Source: Candidatus Spyradomonas excrementavium (lineage in GTDB: Bacteria > Cyanobacteriota > Vampirovibrionia > Gastranaerophilales > Gastranaerophilaceae). From it: a DNA stretch of 64,000 bases. The notes below the pieces were generated by a model. It did not search any database. It saw only the letters and a program-made list of their open reading frames with translations, and had not been told where the DNA came from. The position numbers and the translations under genes are program-made. How positions within the stretch are numbered: position 1 is the first letter of the stretch; the number at the start of each line of letters is the position of its first letter. Where the stretch lies: assembly GCA_018714005.1 (NCBI GenBank), contig DVOA01000051.1:106-64105 (forward strand). The letters are read 5' to 3'. Below are positions 26,334 through 35,725 of this stretch, one piece after another.

Positions 26334-26870
26334 ATTAGTAAAGGTTATTCATCAAACGGAAAAGATCAGCCTCTGATTAACCGCAGCATCAGAGCCCGCG
26401 AAGTTAGATTAATAGGTGACACAGGAGAAAACTACGGTGTAATTGCGACCGCAAAAGCTCTGCAAATGGCTGAAGAAAAAGATTTGGATTTAGTTGTTAT
26501 TTCGCCTAATCAAGAACCCCCCGTAGCAAAAATCATGAACTACGGAAAATTCAAGTACGAACAGGAAAAAAAGGCAAAAGAAGCCAAGAAAAAACAACAC
26601 ACCGTTGAAGTTAAAGAAGTCAAAATCAGATATAAAATCGATGTTCACGACTATAATGTAAGAATCAAAAATATTAAAAAATTCATCTCGCAGGGCAACA
26701 AGGTAAAAATCGTTATTATGCTGCGCGGTCGTGAAATGCAGCATACAGAGCTTGCTTTTAACCTTGCGCAGAGATTTTTGACGGATTTGGAGAATGACCC
26801 GATTAACGTTGAGAAAAAGCCAGCGCTCGAGGGCAGAAACGTGATTATCATTCTTGCTCCGGGTTCGTAA
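26334..26870 (+). CDS. infC: Translation initiation factor IF-3 with an ATT start codon
   Basis: In-frame IISKGYSSNGKDQPLINRSIRAREVRLIGDTGENYGVI precedes the listed Met at 26466. AAGGAG lies 7 nt upstream of ATT 26334. A stop at 26310-26312 closes the frame upstream. Confidence 0.85.
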   Translation: MSKGYSSNGKDQPLINRSIRAREVRLIGDTGENYGVIATAKALQMAEEKDLDLVVISPNQEPPVAKIMNYGKFKYEQEKKAKEAKKKQHTVEVKEVKIRYKIDVHDYNVRIKNIKKFISQGNKVKIVIMLRGREMQHTELAFNLAQRFLTDLENDPINVEKKPALEGRNVIIILAPGS

Positions 26871-26893
26871 AGGCATTTTTAAGCTTGAAGAAA

Positions 26894-27057
26894 GAAAAAG
26901 GATGGATTCCCCTTGATTTTTCCCCTCTCCGATGGGAGAGGGTGCCCGTAGGGCGGGTGAGGGCTTGCCCGTAAGGGAAAAACAAGCGCCTACCCGCAGG
27001 GGAAAAATCAGACCTGAGGAGCAGAATCGAACGGAAAAGATAAATCCACCCTTTTTC
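26894..27057. repeat. MITE-like element containing module H6, bounded by 15-nt imperfect inverted repeats
   Basis: GAAAAAGGATGGATT (26894-26908) against AAATCCACCCTTTTTC (27042-27057). H6 at 26923-26964. Confidence 0.7.
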
Positions 27058-27105
27058 TCCGTAAAAACAGGTTTAATTTTACATCAAATTAATTAGGAGG
27101 TAAAA

Positions 27106-27732
27106 ATGAAAGTAATTCTGGTCAACGGCAGCGGAAATAAGAACGGGTGCACTTTCACAGCACTTTCTGAAATTTGCAATGTGCTTGAACAAAAAGGAAT
27201 TGAAACAGAAATCTTCCAGCTGGGCAAAAATCCTGTCCGCGATTGTATTGGCTGCGGTGCATGCCGAAAAATCGGTGAAAAATGCGTTTTTGACGACGAT
27301 TTAGTCAACGAATTCATTGAAAAAGCCAAAACAGCAGACGGTTTCATATTCGGCTCGCCTGTTTATTACGCACATCCGTCCGGACGGCTGCTTTCATTTA
27401 TGGATAGGGCGTTTTTTGCGGCAAAGACCGTTTTTGAGTTTAAACCGGCAGCTGCAATAGTTTCCGCAAGACGCGCGGGCACAACTGCTTCGATGGACGC
27501 GATTACAAAGCATTTTACTATCAGCAATATGCCCGTTGTCAGCTCAAACTACTGGAACATGGTGCATGGAAACTCCCCTGATGAAGTTAAACAGGATTTG
27601 GAGGGCTTGCAGATTATGCGCAACCTCGCACACAACATGGCATGGCTCTTAAACTGCATACAGGCTGGAAAAAGCGCCGGTTTTGACCATCCCGTGCTTG
27701 AAGAAAAAATCTGGACAAACTTTATTAGATAA
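27106..27732 (+). CDS. Flavodoxin-like fold NAD(P)H-dependent FMN reductase / iron-sulfur flavoprotein
   Basis: MKVILVNGSGNKNGCT...DCIGCGAC...FGSPVYYAH. Confidence 0.7.
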   Translation: MKVILVNGSGNKNGCTFTALSEICNVLEQKGIETEIFQLGKNPVRDCIGCGACRKIGEKCVFDDDLVNEFIEKAKTADGFIFGSPVYYAHPSGRLLSFMDRAFFAAKTVFEFKPAAAIVSARRAGTTASMDAITKHFTISNMPVVSSNYWNMVHGNSPDEVKQDLEGLQIMRNLAHNMAWLLNCIQAGKSAGFDHPVLEEKIWTNFIR

Positions 27733-28008
27733 AACGGCTTTATAATGCAATTTCACTGCCCAAAGGGGGGATAATTTCCTCTTTTCGGGCATTATTTGTC
27801 AAAAAATCGTTATCCTTTTCATTCCCTGAAAAAGGGCAAAAAAAACGAGGGATATATAATTGAATTGACTTTCGTCGTCTCTCTTATAGCCAACCCTCGT
27901 AAGGTTTTTACACTAGCCGAAACATTAATAACATGAATAGTATATCACTTTTAAAATATTTTGCAAGTTTTTTATGGCGGAAATCTTTACATGCTGCCAA
28001 AATAGACC

Positions 28009-28719
28009 TTATTTTGCCAAATCAAACAGCAAAATATCCGATTTTTCGTCCACACCTTTGAACTCCAAAAAGCCCTTTTCAGACTTAATAGCGAGCCCGT
28101 CGCCCTGCACAAGAACCTGATTGTTAATTTCAACAGAGCCCTGCGCAATCTGAATCCAGTATTTTCTGTCCATATCAAGCTCAAAATTAACAATTCCCTT
28201 GCCTTTTTCAAGGAACATGCGGTATAAATCCGCATCCTGATTGATTTTTAAAGAGCCATCCCGCCCGTCGCTCGAAACAACAAGCTTGAATTCGTTCAAC
28301 ATCTCTTTTTCAGGGAAAAATTTTGTGTTGTAATCCGGAGGAAGATTGTATGTGTCAGTAAGTATCCAGATTTGAAGAAAATGAACGTCTTCTTCGGCTG
28401 AGGGGTTATACTCGCTGTGCATAATCCCCGAACCAGCGGTCATTACCTGAATATCTCCGGTGTGAATTGTTTCTCTGGAGCCAAGACTGTCCTTGTGTTC
28501 GAGCTGTCCTGAGAGCACAATGGTTATTATTTCCATATTGTCGTGCTGATGCAGGCTGAAACCGCCCTCAGGGCGTATTATATCATCGTTAATGACCCTC
28601 AGGTCACTGAACCCCATGTGGTAAGGGTCATAATATTGTGCGAAAGAAAAACTGTGCGAGCTGTCCAGCCAGTAGGTTTCAGTTTTTCCGCGCTCATCTT
28701 TTGGTCGTATCGTAAACAT
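28009..28719 (-). CDS. Pirin-family protein
   Basis: HSFSFAQYYDP...GFSLHQHDNMEIITIVLSGQLEHKDSLG cupin motifs. Confidence 0.85.
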   Translation of the reverse strand: MFTIRPKDERGKTETYWLDSSHSFSFAQYYDPYHMGFSDLRVINDDIIRPEGGFSLHQHDNMEIITIVLSGQLEHKDSLGSRETIHTGDIQVMTAGSGIMHSEYNPSAEEDVHFLQIWILTDTYNLPPDYNTKFFPEKEMLNEFKLVVSSDGRDGSLKINQDADLYRMFLEKGKGIVNFELDMDRKYWIQIAQGSVEINNQVLVQGDGLAIKSEKGFLEFKGVDEKSDILLFDLAK

Positions 28720-28783
28720 AATTTGATTATAAGCCTATGACGCCGGTTTGGGATTCCCCAACAGGCTAATATTAAATTTCTAA

Positions 28784-29026
28784 TTAAAACTTCATTTTTT
28801 GTATTTCTATACCGTCAATATTGCACAGGTCTTTAATAGCTTCTTCGGCTGATTCGTCGTTTATAACCTCCAGAAGTATAATACCGTCTATTGCGCATTT
28901 GCAGTCGTTGGTTCCGTGAAGACCGATTCTGGTTCTGATTACACATCCATAATCAGTTAAAATACGCTGAACTTCGGTTGAACTTTCAAACCTGTCTTGA
29001 ATTTTTATGCCTACTATTGTTGTCAT
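28784..29026 (-). CDS. Small ACT-like protein resembling the putative iron-only hydrogenase system regulator (TM1266-like)
   Basis: MTTIVGIKIQDRFESSTEVQRILTDYGCVIRTRIGLH... GGAG SD upstream of ATG 29026. The ORF-track start at 29224 overlaps hsp20 and crosses a hairpin with a T-run. Confidence 0.45.
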   Translation of the reverse strand: MTTIVGIKIQDRFESSTEVQRILTDYGCVIRTRIGLHGTNDCKCAIDGIILLEVINDESAEEAIKDLCNIDGIEIQKMKF

Positions 29027-29046
29027 AGTTTCTCCTGTTTGAAAAA

Positions 29047-29080
29047 AATGAACTACCGCCTGAATCAGGCGGCAGCTTTT
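29047..29080 (-). terminator. Candidate terminator after hsp20
   Basis: Minus strand reads GCCGCCTGA-TTC-AGGCGGT followed by AGTTCATTTTTTT. Confidence 0.5.
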
Positions 29081-29192
29081 AGTATCGCCTTGAAAAAGTG
29101 CGTCTTTTGCGGTTCTTTGTCTTTGGAGCAAAAATGCAGCTGAATGCCGCACCTTTTTTGAAGATAAAAACCGGCTAAGGCACCTGAGATTT

Positions 29193-29645
29193 TTATTTGA
29201 CCTCGAGTTTTTTTGTTTCTTCATCCGCTTTTTTCAATTTTGGCAAATCAAGAACAAGAACTCCGTTTTCAACCTTTGCGTCGGCTTCGTTTACGTTAAT
29301 TTCGTGAGGGAAATAGACAGTTCTTGAATAATTTCCGTAGCGGAACTCGGTTTTGTGGTATTTTTTATTTTTTTCTTCTTTTTCTTCGTTTTTTTCGGCC
29401 GAAATTGTGAGATAGTTTTTGTTAAGCTCAATATCCACATCTTCTTTCTTTATGCCCGGCATTTCGACCTTAACTTTGTAATCATTGTCGAATTCCTGGA
29501 TATCGACCGGCAAAGAAAGCCCTTTCATCTCCCGCTCAAGAACATATTCCGGAAAAACCGTGTCGAAACTTCTTCTCAAAATAGAATTAATTTCGTCATT
29601 GATGTTGCTCATGAGCGTGTCAGGTTTGCGTATTAAATATTTCAT
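29193..29645 (-). CDS. Hsp20/alpha-crystallin small heat-shock protein
   Basis: DIQEFDNDYKVKVEMPGIKKEDVDIEL...LTISAEK...ENGVLVLDLPK. Confidence 0.9.
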   Translation of the reverse strand: MKYLIRKPDTLMSNINDEINSILRRSFDTVFPEYVLEREMKGLSLPVDIQEFDNDYKVKVEMPGIKKEDVDIELNKNYLTISAEKNEEKEEKNKKYHKTEFRYGNYSRTVYFPHEINVNEADAKVENGVLVLDLPKLKKADEETKKLEVK

Positions 29646-29827
29646 CAGACCTCCTGCGGGGTTGGTTTTGTGTTTACAAACATATTTTTTACAGAACTGT
29701 TAAAAATTGCATTCCCGAAAAGTAGTAATTTCCTTGAGCAAATTTATGTAAAAAAATCAATATTAAAATAGCAAAAAATTTTTTTCCGGTTTTTAATATA
29801 AATGGTAACAGCTGAAACGAGATTTTT

Positions 29828-30250
29828 ATGCAGATTAACAAAACCCCCTCTTTTAAAGCCGTTATAATGGCGCCAACAATGAAAAAATACCTCCGGAGCC
29901 CGATGAAGGCTATTCGTTTTGACGATTTTCGCAAAGAAATTGAACCAATGTATTTTAATGATTTTTATATCGAACCCGTGGGCAAAGATGTCCTGCAAAT
30001 CGGCATTACAAAAAGCGATTCGGTAGATACTTATTTGCATAGCAAGGCTTTCAAACTGAATAAAAAAGGAAAAAATTTTCTTAAAGGTATGAAAATGCTT
30101 AATCAGGCTATGCGCAAAAACCGCGAAGAAAATAATATTCCGGGATTGCTGGGATATGTAAATCTTGATGAACTTCCCCCGAAAGCCGCGGCCGAAAGGG
30201 TTATCGACGCAGCCAAATTTTTTAACGAAACAGTAGTGGGGTTGAATTAG
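29828..30250 (+). CDS. Hypothetical protein with an N-terminal xNxxPSFKA motif
   Basis: 140-aa ORF. Shares the N-terminal motif with the next gene. Confidence 0.4.
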   Translation: MQINKTPSFKAVIMAPTMKKYLRSPMKAIRFDDFRKEIEPMYFNDFYIEPVGKDVLQIGITKSDSVDTYLHSKAFKLNKKGKNFLKGMKMLNQAMRKNREENNIPGLLGYVNLDELPPKAAAERVIDAAKFFNETVVGLN

Positions 30251-30255
30251 AAAAA

Positions 30256-30939
30256 ATGTTGCAGGTAAATAACAATTCCCCGTCTTTTAAAGCAAGACCT
30301 CTGTCAAAAGTCCTTTTACGCTCAAATTCAGGCTCATCACCCATTGTAATTTACGAGCTGGGCAAAAAAGACGAGCCGTTTTTGCGAAAAATGATTAACA
30401 AAATCCGCCTTGACGAGCTTTGTGTTGAAAATAAAAAGCGTCAGGATTTGATAAGATGGAAAGAACTGCTTTTCCGCTGTTATGAGGATTTGCGCTACAA
30501 TACGGTTCTTCTTGCGGTAAAAGATAAAAAGCCATGTGCAATAATGTCGTTTATGGAGCTTTTCGGAAGAATTAACCTTTCAAATATTGCCGCAATCCCT
30601 GTAAAAAAAGATACTTACGCAAAATGCGCCGGAAAATCTCTGCTGCGCGAGCTTTTTGAACAGGCGCAAAGTAAAAATGCCCTTGCAATAGGCGGCATGG
30701 TTGATTCCGGCGAGCCGCATATAGTAAAATTCTACAAAGACGCCGGATTTAAAATCGATGCTAATATTCTTTCTTACAAAAAGGAGGAATTTTATCAAAA
30801 AGCTACGGCTAAAATGGACAATTTTCTTGAATACATCCCCGTAAAAAACCCGAAAGAAGTTAATTTAAACAGAAAATGCAGCCTGAATTTTAAGCCCACG
30901 GTTTTTGATAAATTAAAAGGCCTTTTCACTAAAAACTAG
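30256..30939 (+). CDS. Hypothetical protein with an N-terminal xNxxPSFKA motif and a GNAT-like C-terminal half
   Basis: CAGKSLLRELFEQAQSKNALAIGGMVD...IVKFYKDAGFK resembles an acyl-CoA N-acyltransferase core. Confidence 0.45.
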   Translation: MLQVNNNSPSFKARPLSKVLLRSNSGSSPIVIYELGKKDEPFLRKMINKIRLDELCVENKKRQDLIRWKELLFRCYEDLRYNTVLLAVKDKKPCAIMSFMELFGRINLSNIAAIPVKKDTYAKCAGKSLLRELFEQAQSKNALAIGGMVDSGEPHIVKFYKDAGFKIDANILSYKKEEFYQKATAKMDNFLEYIPVKNPKEVNLNRKCSLNFKPTVFDKLKGLFTKN

Positions 30940-32570
30940 GAAATTGTTTCCTGCCTGCTCTCGGAACGCGGCAAAAGCGTGCAGCCTTGCGGGCTGTATT
31001 CGCAAACGCAATTTTTTCCGTTGTTTTTCGCGTTGTAAAGCGCTACGTCAGCCAGCTCGATTAAAGTTTGCTCATCCAGCGCACAGGAGGGGTATTCGGA
31101 CATGCCGATACTAATCGTCGGAGCAATTATTGTGCCGTCTTTTAGTTTTATTTTGATTTCACTGATATTTTTTCTCAAACGCTCGGCAATAACGCGCCCG
31201 TCCATCGAATTTGTTTCCGGAAGAATGACTGTAAATTCTTCCCCGCCGTATCTTGAGGCAATATCTATTTTTCTTATGGTCGTCTGGATACAATTTGCAA
31301 TTTCTTTCAGAACCTGGTCGCCCACAGGGTGCCCGTAGGTGTCGTTTACGGATTTGAAATTGTCAATATCCATCATAAGCAGCGTCATTTCGTGGTTATA
31401 TCGCGCTGAACGCTTCAATTCCGTTTCCAGCAGCGTGTAGAAATGTCTGTAAATATAAAGCTTTGTCATGCCGTCTTTTGTGGCAAGCTCGTAAAGTTTT
31501 GCGTTGTCAATCGCAATAGCCGCCTGATTCGCAAGCGCTTCAATGAATTCCAAATCCTGCTTGTTGAAAAGTTTTCCGTTTTGCTTGTTGGTGATGTTAA
31601 TTACGCCGATAGCCTCGCCTTTTGCGATAAGCGGAACGCACAAAAGCGACGAAACATTCAAATCTTCGCCCATTTTCAGGAATCTGGGGTCATTTTTCCC
31701 GAGATTTGAGATTATAGATTTTTTTTCAACAAAAACCGACCCTGCAATGCCCTCGCCTACCTTGATTTTTCCGCATTCAACAAGCCCGTTGTTGATTTCA
31801 GCCTCGAGATTTTTGTCTGCCAGCCCGTAAACAACTTTTGTCTGCAAAACGTTCTCTGTGAAATTGTAAAGCATTAATGAGCCTTTTTCAGCCTCTATTG
31901 TGTCGAGCGCCTTGCTCAAAATCACGCGTAAAAGGCGTTTCAAATCATCAATGAAGTTCACAGCCTGTGAAATGTTGTAAAGAATTGAAATGTTGTGCAG
32001 CGATTTTTGAAGTTTTCTCAAATCGTTTTCCTGCTCGCGCCGTTTGATGTACTTAATCAAAATCGGCTCAACATAAGTAAAAACCTTTTCCAGATATTTT
32101 ATGTCAGAATCCGAAAATGGCATATTTCCCTCTTTCGGGCCGACAGAGCAGATAAAATAAGGGATTCCGTCTTTTTGAAACAGCTTAAAATAGCTGCTGT
32201 TGAGGTTGTAAAGATTGTATTTTTCCCAGAAAGACTTGTAAATCGGTCTTTTTCCGTCCGCAGTGACCTTTGTGAGTTCACCGTTGTTCAAAACCTCCCA
32301 GAAACCCTCATCATCGTTCTCAAACTGGAAATTTTCACGATTTTCAAGGTTCGGATTTGCGACCATGTAATAAACATTGTTCTGATTTATGAAAAATCGA
32401 ATATTATCGAGGTTGAGCGTCTGGGAAATAAAGTCAGAAATTTTGTCAATCAAATCCTCGAGCGATTCTGCCTGTGTAGCAATGATACTAAGCTCAAACA
32501 GGTTGTTCAAATCGCAAAAATTCTTTTGGAGCGTTGAAATTTTTTCTGCAAAATTATCTTCCATAAGCAT
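30936..32570 (-). CDS. GAF-domain diguanylate cyclase (GGDEF)
   Basis: GAF-like GEGIAGSVF...LCVPLIAKGEAIGVINI. GGDEF domain with RYGGEEF. Confidence 0.85.
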   Translation of the reverse strand: MLMEDNFAEKISTLQKNFCDLNNLFELSIIATQAESLEDLIDKISDFISQTLNLDNIRFFINQNNVYYMVANPNLENRENFQFENDDEGFWEVLNNGELTKVTADGKRPIYKSFWEKYNLYNLNSSYFKLFQKDGIPYFICSVGPKEGNMPFSDSDIKYLEKVFTYVEPILIKYIKRREQENDLRKLQKSLHNISILYNISQAVNFIDDLKRLLRVILSKALDTIEAEKGSLMLYNFTENVLQTKVVYGLADKNLEAEINNGLVECGKIKVGEGIAGSVFVEKKSIISNLGKNDPRFLKMGEDLNVSSLLCVPLIAKGEAIGVINITNKQNGKLFNKQDLEFIEALANQAAIAIDNAKLYELATKDGMTKLYIYRHFYTLLETELKRSARYNHEMTLLMMDIDNFKSVNDTYGHPVGDQVLKEIANCIQTTIRKIDIASRYGGEEFTVILPETNSMDGRVIAERLRKNISEIKIKLKDGTIIAPTISIGMSEYPSCALDEQTLIELADVALYNAKNNGKNCVCEYSPQGCTLLPRSESRQETIS

Positions 32571-32616
32571 ATTCTATTTCATTTTGCCCGATAATTCAAT
32601 AATGGTTTTGGTTGAT

Positions 32617-33150
32617 TTACTTTATCAGATTTTGTACGGGTTTGAACATTGGATGTTTTGAGGATTTTAAGAGTTCAAACAGCGCAATCTCAGTTGTGAC
32701 GATTTTTGCGCCTGCATTTTTCATGTATTCAATTCCGGCTTTAAACTCGTCGCTGTCGCGAGAAGCGCATGCATCTTTCACAACAAAAACCTTATGTCCG
32801 GTGTTCAACAGCGCAATCGCCGTCTGGAGCACGCAAATATGAGTTTCAATCCCAAAAATAAAGATATTTTCTTTACCCTGAAGCGCCTGCGCGATTTCGG
32901 GGTTTTCCAGCGCGCTGAAAGCCGTTTTTTCAAAGAATTTTGTGCTATCCGGCAGATTGAATTTAACCTCTTCAACAGTAGAACCGAGCCCTGCGGGGTA
33001 TTGTTCGGTCACAACGCAGTCAATCCCCATCAAAGTAGCTGCCTGAGCTAAAATTGAGGCTTTTTTCTTTGCTTTGTCCTTTGTAAGCATTGCAACAAGC
33101 TTTTCCTGAACATCAATAAACAAAAAGAGTGAATTCTGCTCGTTAATCAT
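32617..33150 (-). CDS. Isochorismatase-family cysteine hydrolase
   Basis: LFLFIDVQEKL...GIETHICVLQTA. Confidence 0.75.
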   Translation of the reverse strand: MINEQNSLFLFIDVQEKLVAMLTKDKAKKKASILAQAATLMGIDCVVTEQYPAGLGSTVEEVKFNLPDSTKFFEKTAFSALENPEIAQALQGKENIFIFGIETHICVLQTAIALLNTGHKVFVVKDACASRDSDEFKAGIEYMKNAGAKIVTTEIALFELLKSSKHPMFKPVQNLIK

Positions 33151-33183
33151 TTTTATTTCTCCTAATTAATTTTATACCTGATT

Positions 33184-34011
33184 TTATCCTGCTTTTTCGA
33201 GCGGTTTTGTGCGTGCGGGGATTACATTTGTGCTTTTTAACACCTCATCAAGCACGGCAATGCTTTCTTTTACCGCCTCTTTTTCAAATATTTCAAAAAT
33301 AATCTTGGGGCTTAATCCGCATTCAAGAACGGTTCTGAAAACCTCTTTCGGATTGATATTTCCGTCCAAAAGCGAAAAATGCGAGTCATCGTCGCCGTAA
33401 TTGTTGTGAATGTGCATGTGATAAAGGTTTTCGCCGTAGGTTTTTATCCACTGCGTAACAGGGATTTTGGAATGAATATTCGCATGCCCAATATCAAGGC
33501 TGGCTTTGAGGTTTTGTGAGCCGACATTGTTGATTATGTCTAAAATGAAGTCAGGGCCGGTTTCCTGAACATTTTCAAGCACCATAACCATGTTCGATTC
33601 TTCAAAATTTTTCACAAAATCTTTCAAATAAGCAATAAAATTCTTCCTGAACGACAGCCTGTAATCCTCACATTTCAGCGGGGCGTTAAAACCTGTGTGA
33701 AAAAGCACTGTTTTTGCACCGAGAAATTTTGCTGCCTCGAAACTTTGCATAAACCTTTGCTGCGAAACTTTTTTTATGAACGGATCAAGGCTCACAACGC
33801 ACAAATCGAACAAAAATCCATGCAAACTGACCTCGCCCTCAAACCCCTCAAGCGCTTTTTTCATAGCATGGATACGGGCTTCAAAAGTTTCATCAATATC
33901 GGTCAAATCCCTTGCAAAACGGCTGATTTCGAGGTTTGTGCCCAGCTCTTTTGCAAAATTTACCGAATCTTCAAAATTTTTGCAAACAGATGATGAAATA
34001 AATTTTTGCAT
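33184..34011 (-). CDS. Sugar-phosphate isomerase/epimerase (xylose isomerase-like TIM barrel)
   Basis: LHGFLFD...VLFHTGF...VLENV...LDIGHANIH...HMHIHNNYGDDDSH metal-ligand pattern. Confidence 0.7.
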   Translation of the reverse strand: MQKFISSSVCKNFEDSVNFAKELGTNLEISRFARDLTDIDETFEARIHAMKKALEGFEGEVSLHGFLFDLCVVSLDPFIKKVSQQRFMQSFEAAKFLGAKTVLFHTGFNAPLKCEDYRLSFRKNFIAYLKDFVKNFEESNMVMVLENVQETGPDFILDIINNVGSQNLKASLDIGHANIHSKIPVTQWIKTYGENLYHMHIHNNYGDDDSHFSLLDGNINPKEVFRTVLECGLSPKIIFEIFEKEAVKESIAVLDEVLKSTNVIPARTKPLEKAG

Positions 34012-34012
34012 A

Positions 34013-34642
34013 TTAATATCCGTTTTCTATCCACGGGCGTTCGCGGAATTTTGCGCCCAGCGTTTCAATGAGCTGCTTGCATTTGTCCTTATCGACATTG
34101 TAATCCTTGTAACCGGTAACGATTGTTGCTGTGGTTTCGATTCCGTTTTCCACGCAGTCAACGATAAAATCCTGCATTGCCGAATAGGCACCTCTGATTT
34201 TTGGCTGTGAGATTTTGTCGTAGAGGTCTTCGGTTTCGGCGTTGAAACTCACTGAAATTCTGTCAATCAGCCCGACCAATTCAGGCACAACATTGCGTTT
34301 GTGCACAAGATTTGCCTGTCCGTTGGTGTTTATGCGGGTTTTTATGTGCGGATATTTTTCTTTTATGTATTTTGCGACTTCTTTTAGCTCGTCGAGCTTC
34401 AAAGTCGGTTCTCCATAGCCGCAGAATACGATTTCGTGGTAGTTTTCGGGTTTAAATTCGTCAAGCTGCCTTTTTACTTCATCGACATTGCAAATTTCCC
34501 CGTCGAGCCTCAAATCCGCGCCCACAACGTCGTCTTTAATATCTCTGATACAAAAAACGCATTCGTTAGTGCACAGATTCGTCAGGTTTATATAAATTTT
34601 TCCCTCAAGAAGGTAAACGTAGTTATTTTTGCTCATAATCAA
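34013..34642 (-). CDS. Radical SAM protein (resembles the TatD-associated radical SAM family)
   Basis: CTNECVFC CxxxCxxC cluster motif. ~200-aa size. Confidence 0.7.
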   Translation of the reverse strand: MIMSKNNYVYLLEGKIYINLTNLCTNECVFCIRDIKDDVVGADLRLDGEICNVDEVKRQLDEFKPENYHEIVFCGYGEPTLKLDELKEVAKYIKEKYPHIKTRINTNGQANLVHKRNVVPELVGLIDRISVSFNAETEDLYDKISQPKIRGAYSAMQDFIVDCVENGIETTATIVTGYKDYNVDKDKCKQLIETLGAKFRERPWIENGY

Positions 34643-34754
34643 CCTCTTTTAATGCGTCGGCATTTTACAGTAATATTATACCCCGAATATTCAAGATAAA
34701 AACCCCTGCGCTTTATGCTTTTGGAGATTTACGATTTTTGGGGCGTTTTTGAGC

Positions 34755-34792
34755 TTGTTTAACTCCCCCTCCCCAACTCGGGGAGGGCCGGG
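34755..34792. repeat. Solo H1 plus G-rich module
   Basis: CCCCCTCCCCAACTCGGGGAGGGCCGGGGTGGGGAGCG. Confidence 0.9.
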
Positions 34793-34984
34793 GTGGGGAG
34801 CGATTATAAAATTTAGTGTAAATTTGCATAAAAATCCCGCTTTCTTCATACTTTCGCGGGAATTTACGACTTTTTGCTGTTTTTAAGTTATAATTAAATT
34901 ATTTTTACCGGTGTTTTGCCTGAAATTATTTCGGGGCTTGCCGTAAAACGGTTTAAATGACTGGATTTCAATCGGAGTATTTAA

Positions 34985-35725
34985 GTGAACAAAATTGCAG
35001 AAAAAAATGAAATAAAAACCATCGTCGAAAAGACAAATCTCCAACATATAGCAATAATTATGGACGGAAACCGCAGATGGGCAAAAAATCACATGCTTCC
35101 CTCTGCCGTCGGGCACCAGAAAGGCGTGGAATCGCTCAAAAACACCATGCGTTCTTTTGACAAATTCGGCATAAAATATCTCACCGTCTATGCGTTTTCA
35201 ACTGAAAACTGGAACCGCAAAAAGGAAGAAGTCGATTTTCTGATGAACCTCCTCGCCAAAACCCTCACCGACGAGCTCGACGAAATGCATAAGGAGAATG
35301 TAAAAATAAAATTTGTCGGCAATATTGAAAGATTGAACCCGAAACTCATTGAAATTCTCAAAAATGCTGAAAATAAAACAAAAAATAACACCGGCGTGAA
35401 CCTCCAAATAGCCTTTAACTACGGCGCGCGCGATGAAATAGTGAATGCCGTAAAGAAAATTACACAAAAAGCTCTGGATGGCGAAATAAAAATCGGGGAA
35501 ATCGATGAAAAACTCGTTTCAGAAAACCTCTACACTGCCAAAATCCCCGATCCTGACCTGCTTATAAGAACGGGCGGCGAAAAACGTATCAGCAATTACC
35601 TTTTGTGGCAGATTGCGTATTCTGAAGTCTATGTGACGGAAAAATTCTGGCCCGAATTTGACGAAAACGCGCTCACAGAAGCGATTCTGGAGTTTGAAAA
35701 AAGAAACAGAAGATATGGAAAATAA
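34985..35725 (+). CDS. uppS: Isoprenyl transferase (undecaprenyl-diphosphate synthase)
   Basis: GTG start. HIAIIMDGNRRWAK...RTGGEKRISNYLLWQIAYSE. Confidence 0.9.
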   Translation: MNKIAEKNEIKTIVEKTNLQHIAIIMDGNRRWAKNHMLPSAVGHQKGVESLKNTMRSFDKFGIKYLTVYAFSTENWNRKKEEVDFLMNLLAKTLTDELDEMHKENVKIKFVGNIERLNPKLIEILKNAENKTKNNTGVNLQIAFNYGARDEIVNAVKKITQKALDGEIKIGEIDEKLVSENLYTAKIPDPDLLIRTGGEKRISNYLLWQIAYSEVYVTEKFWPEFDENALTEAILEFEKRNRRYGK

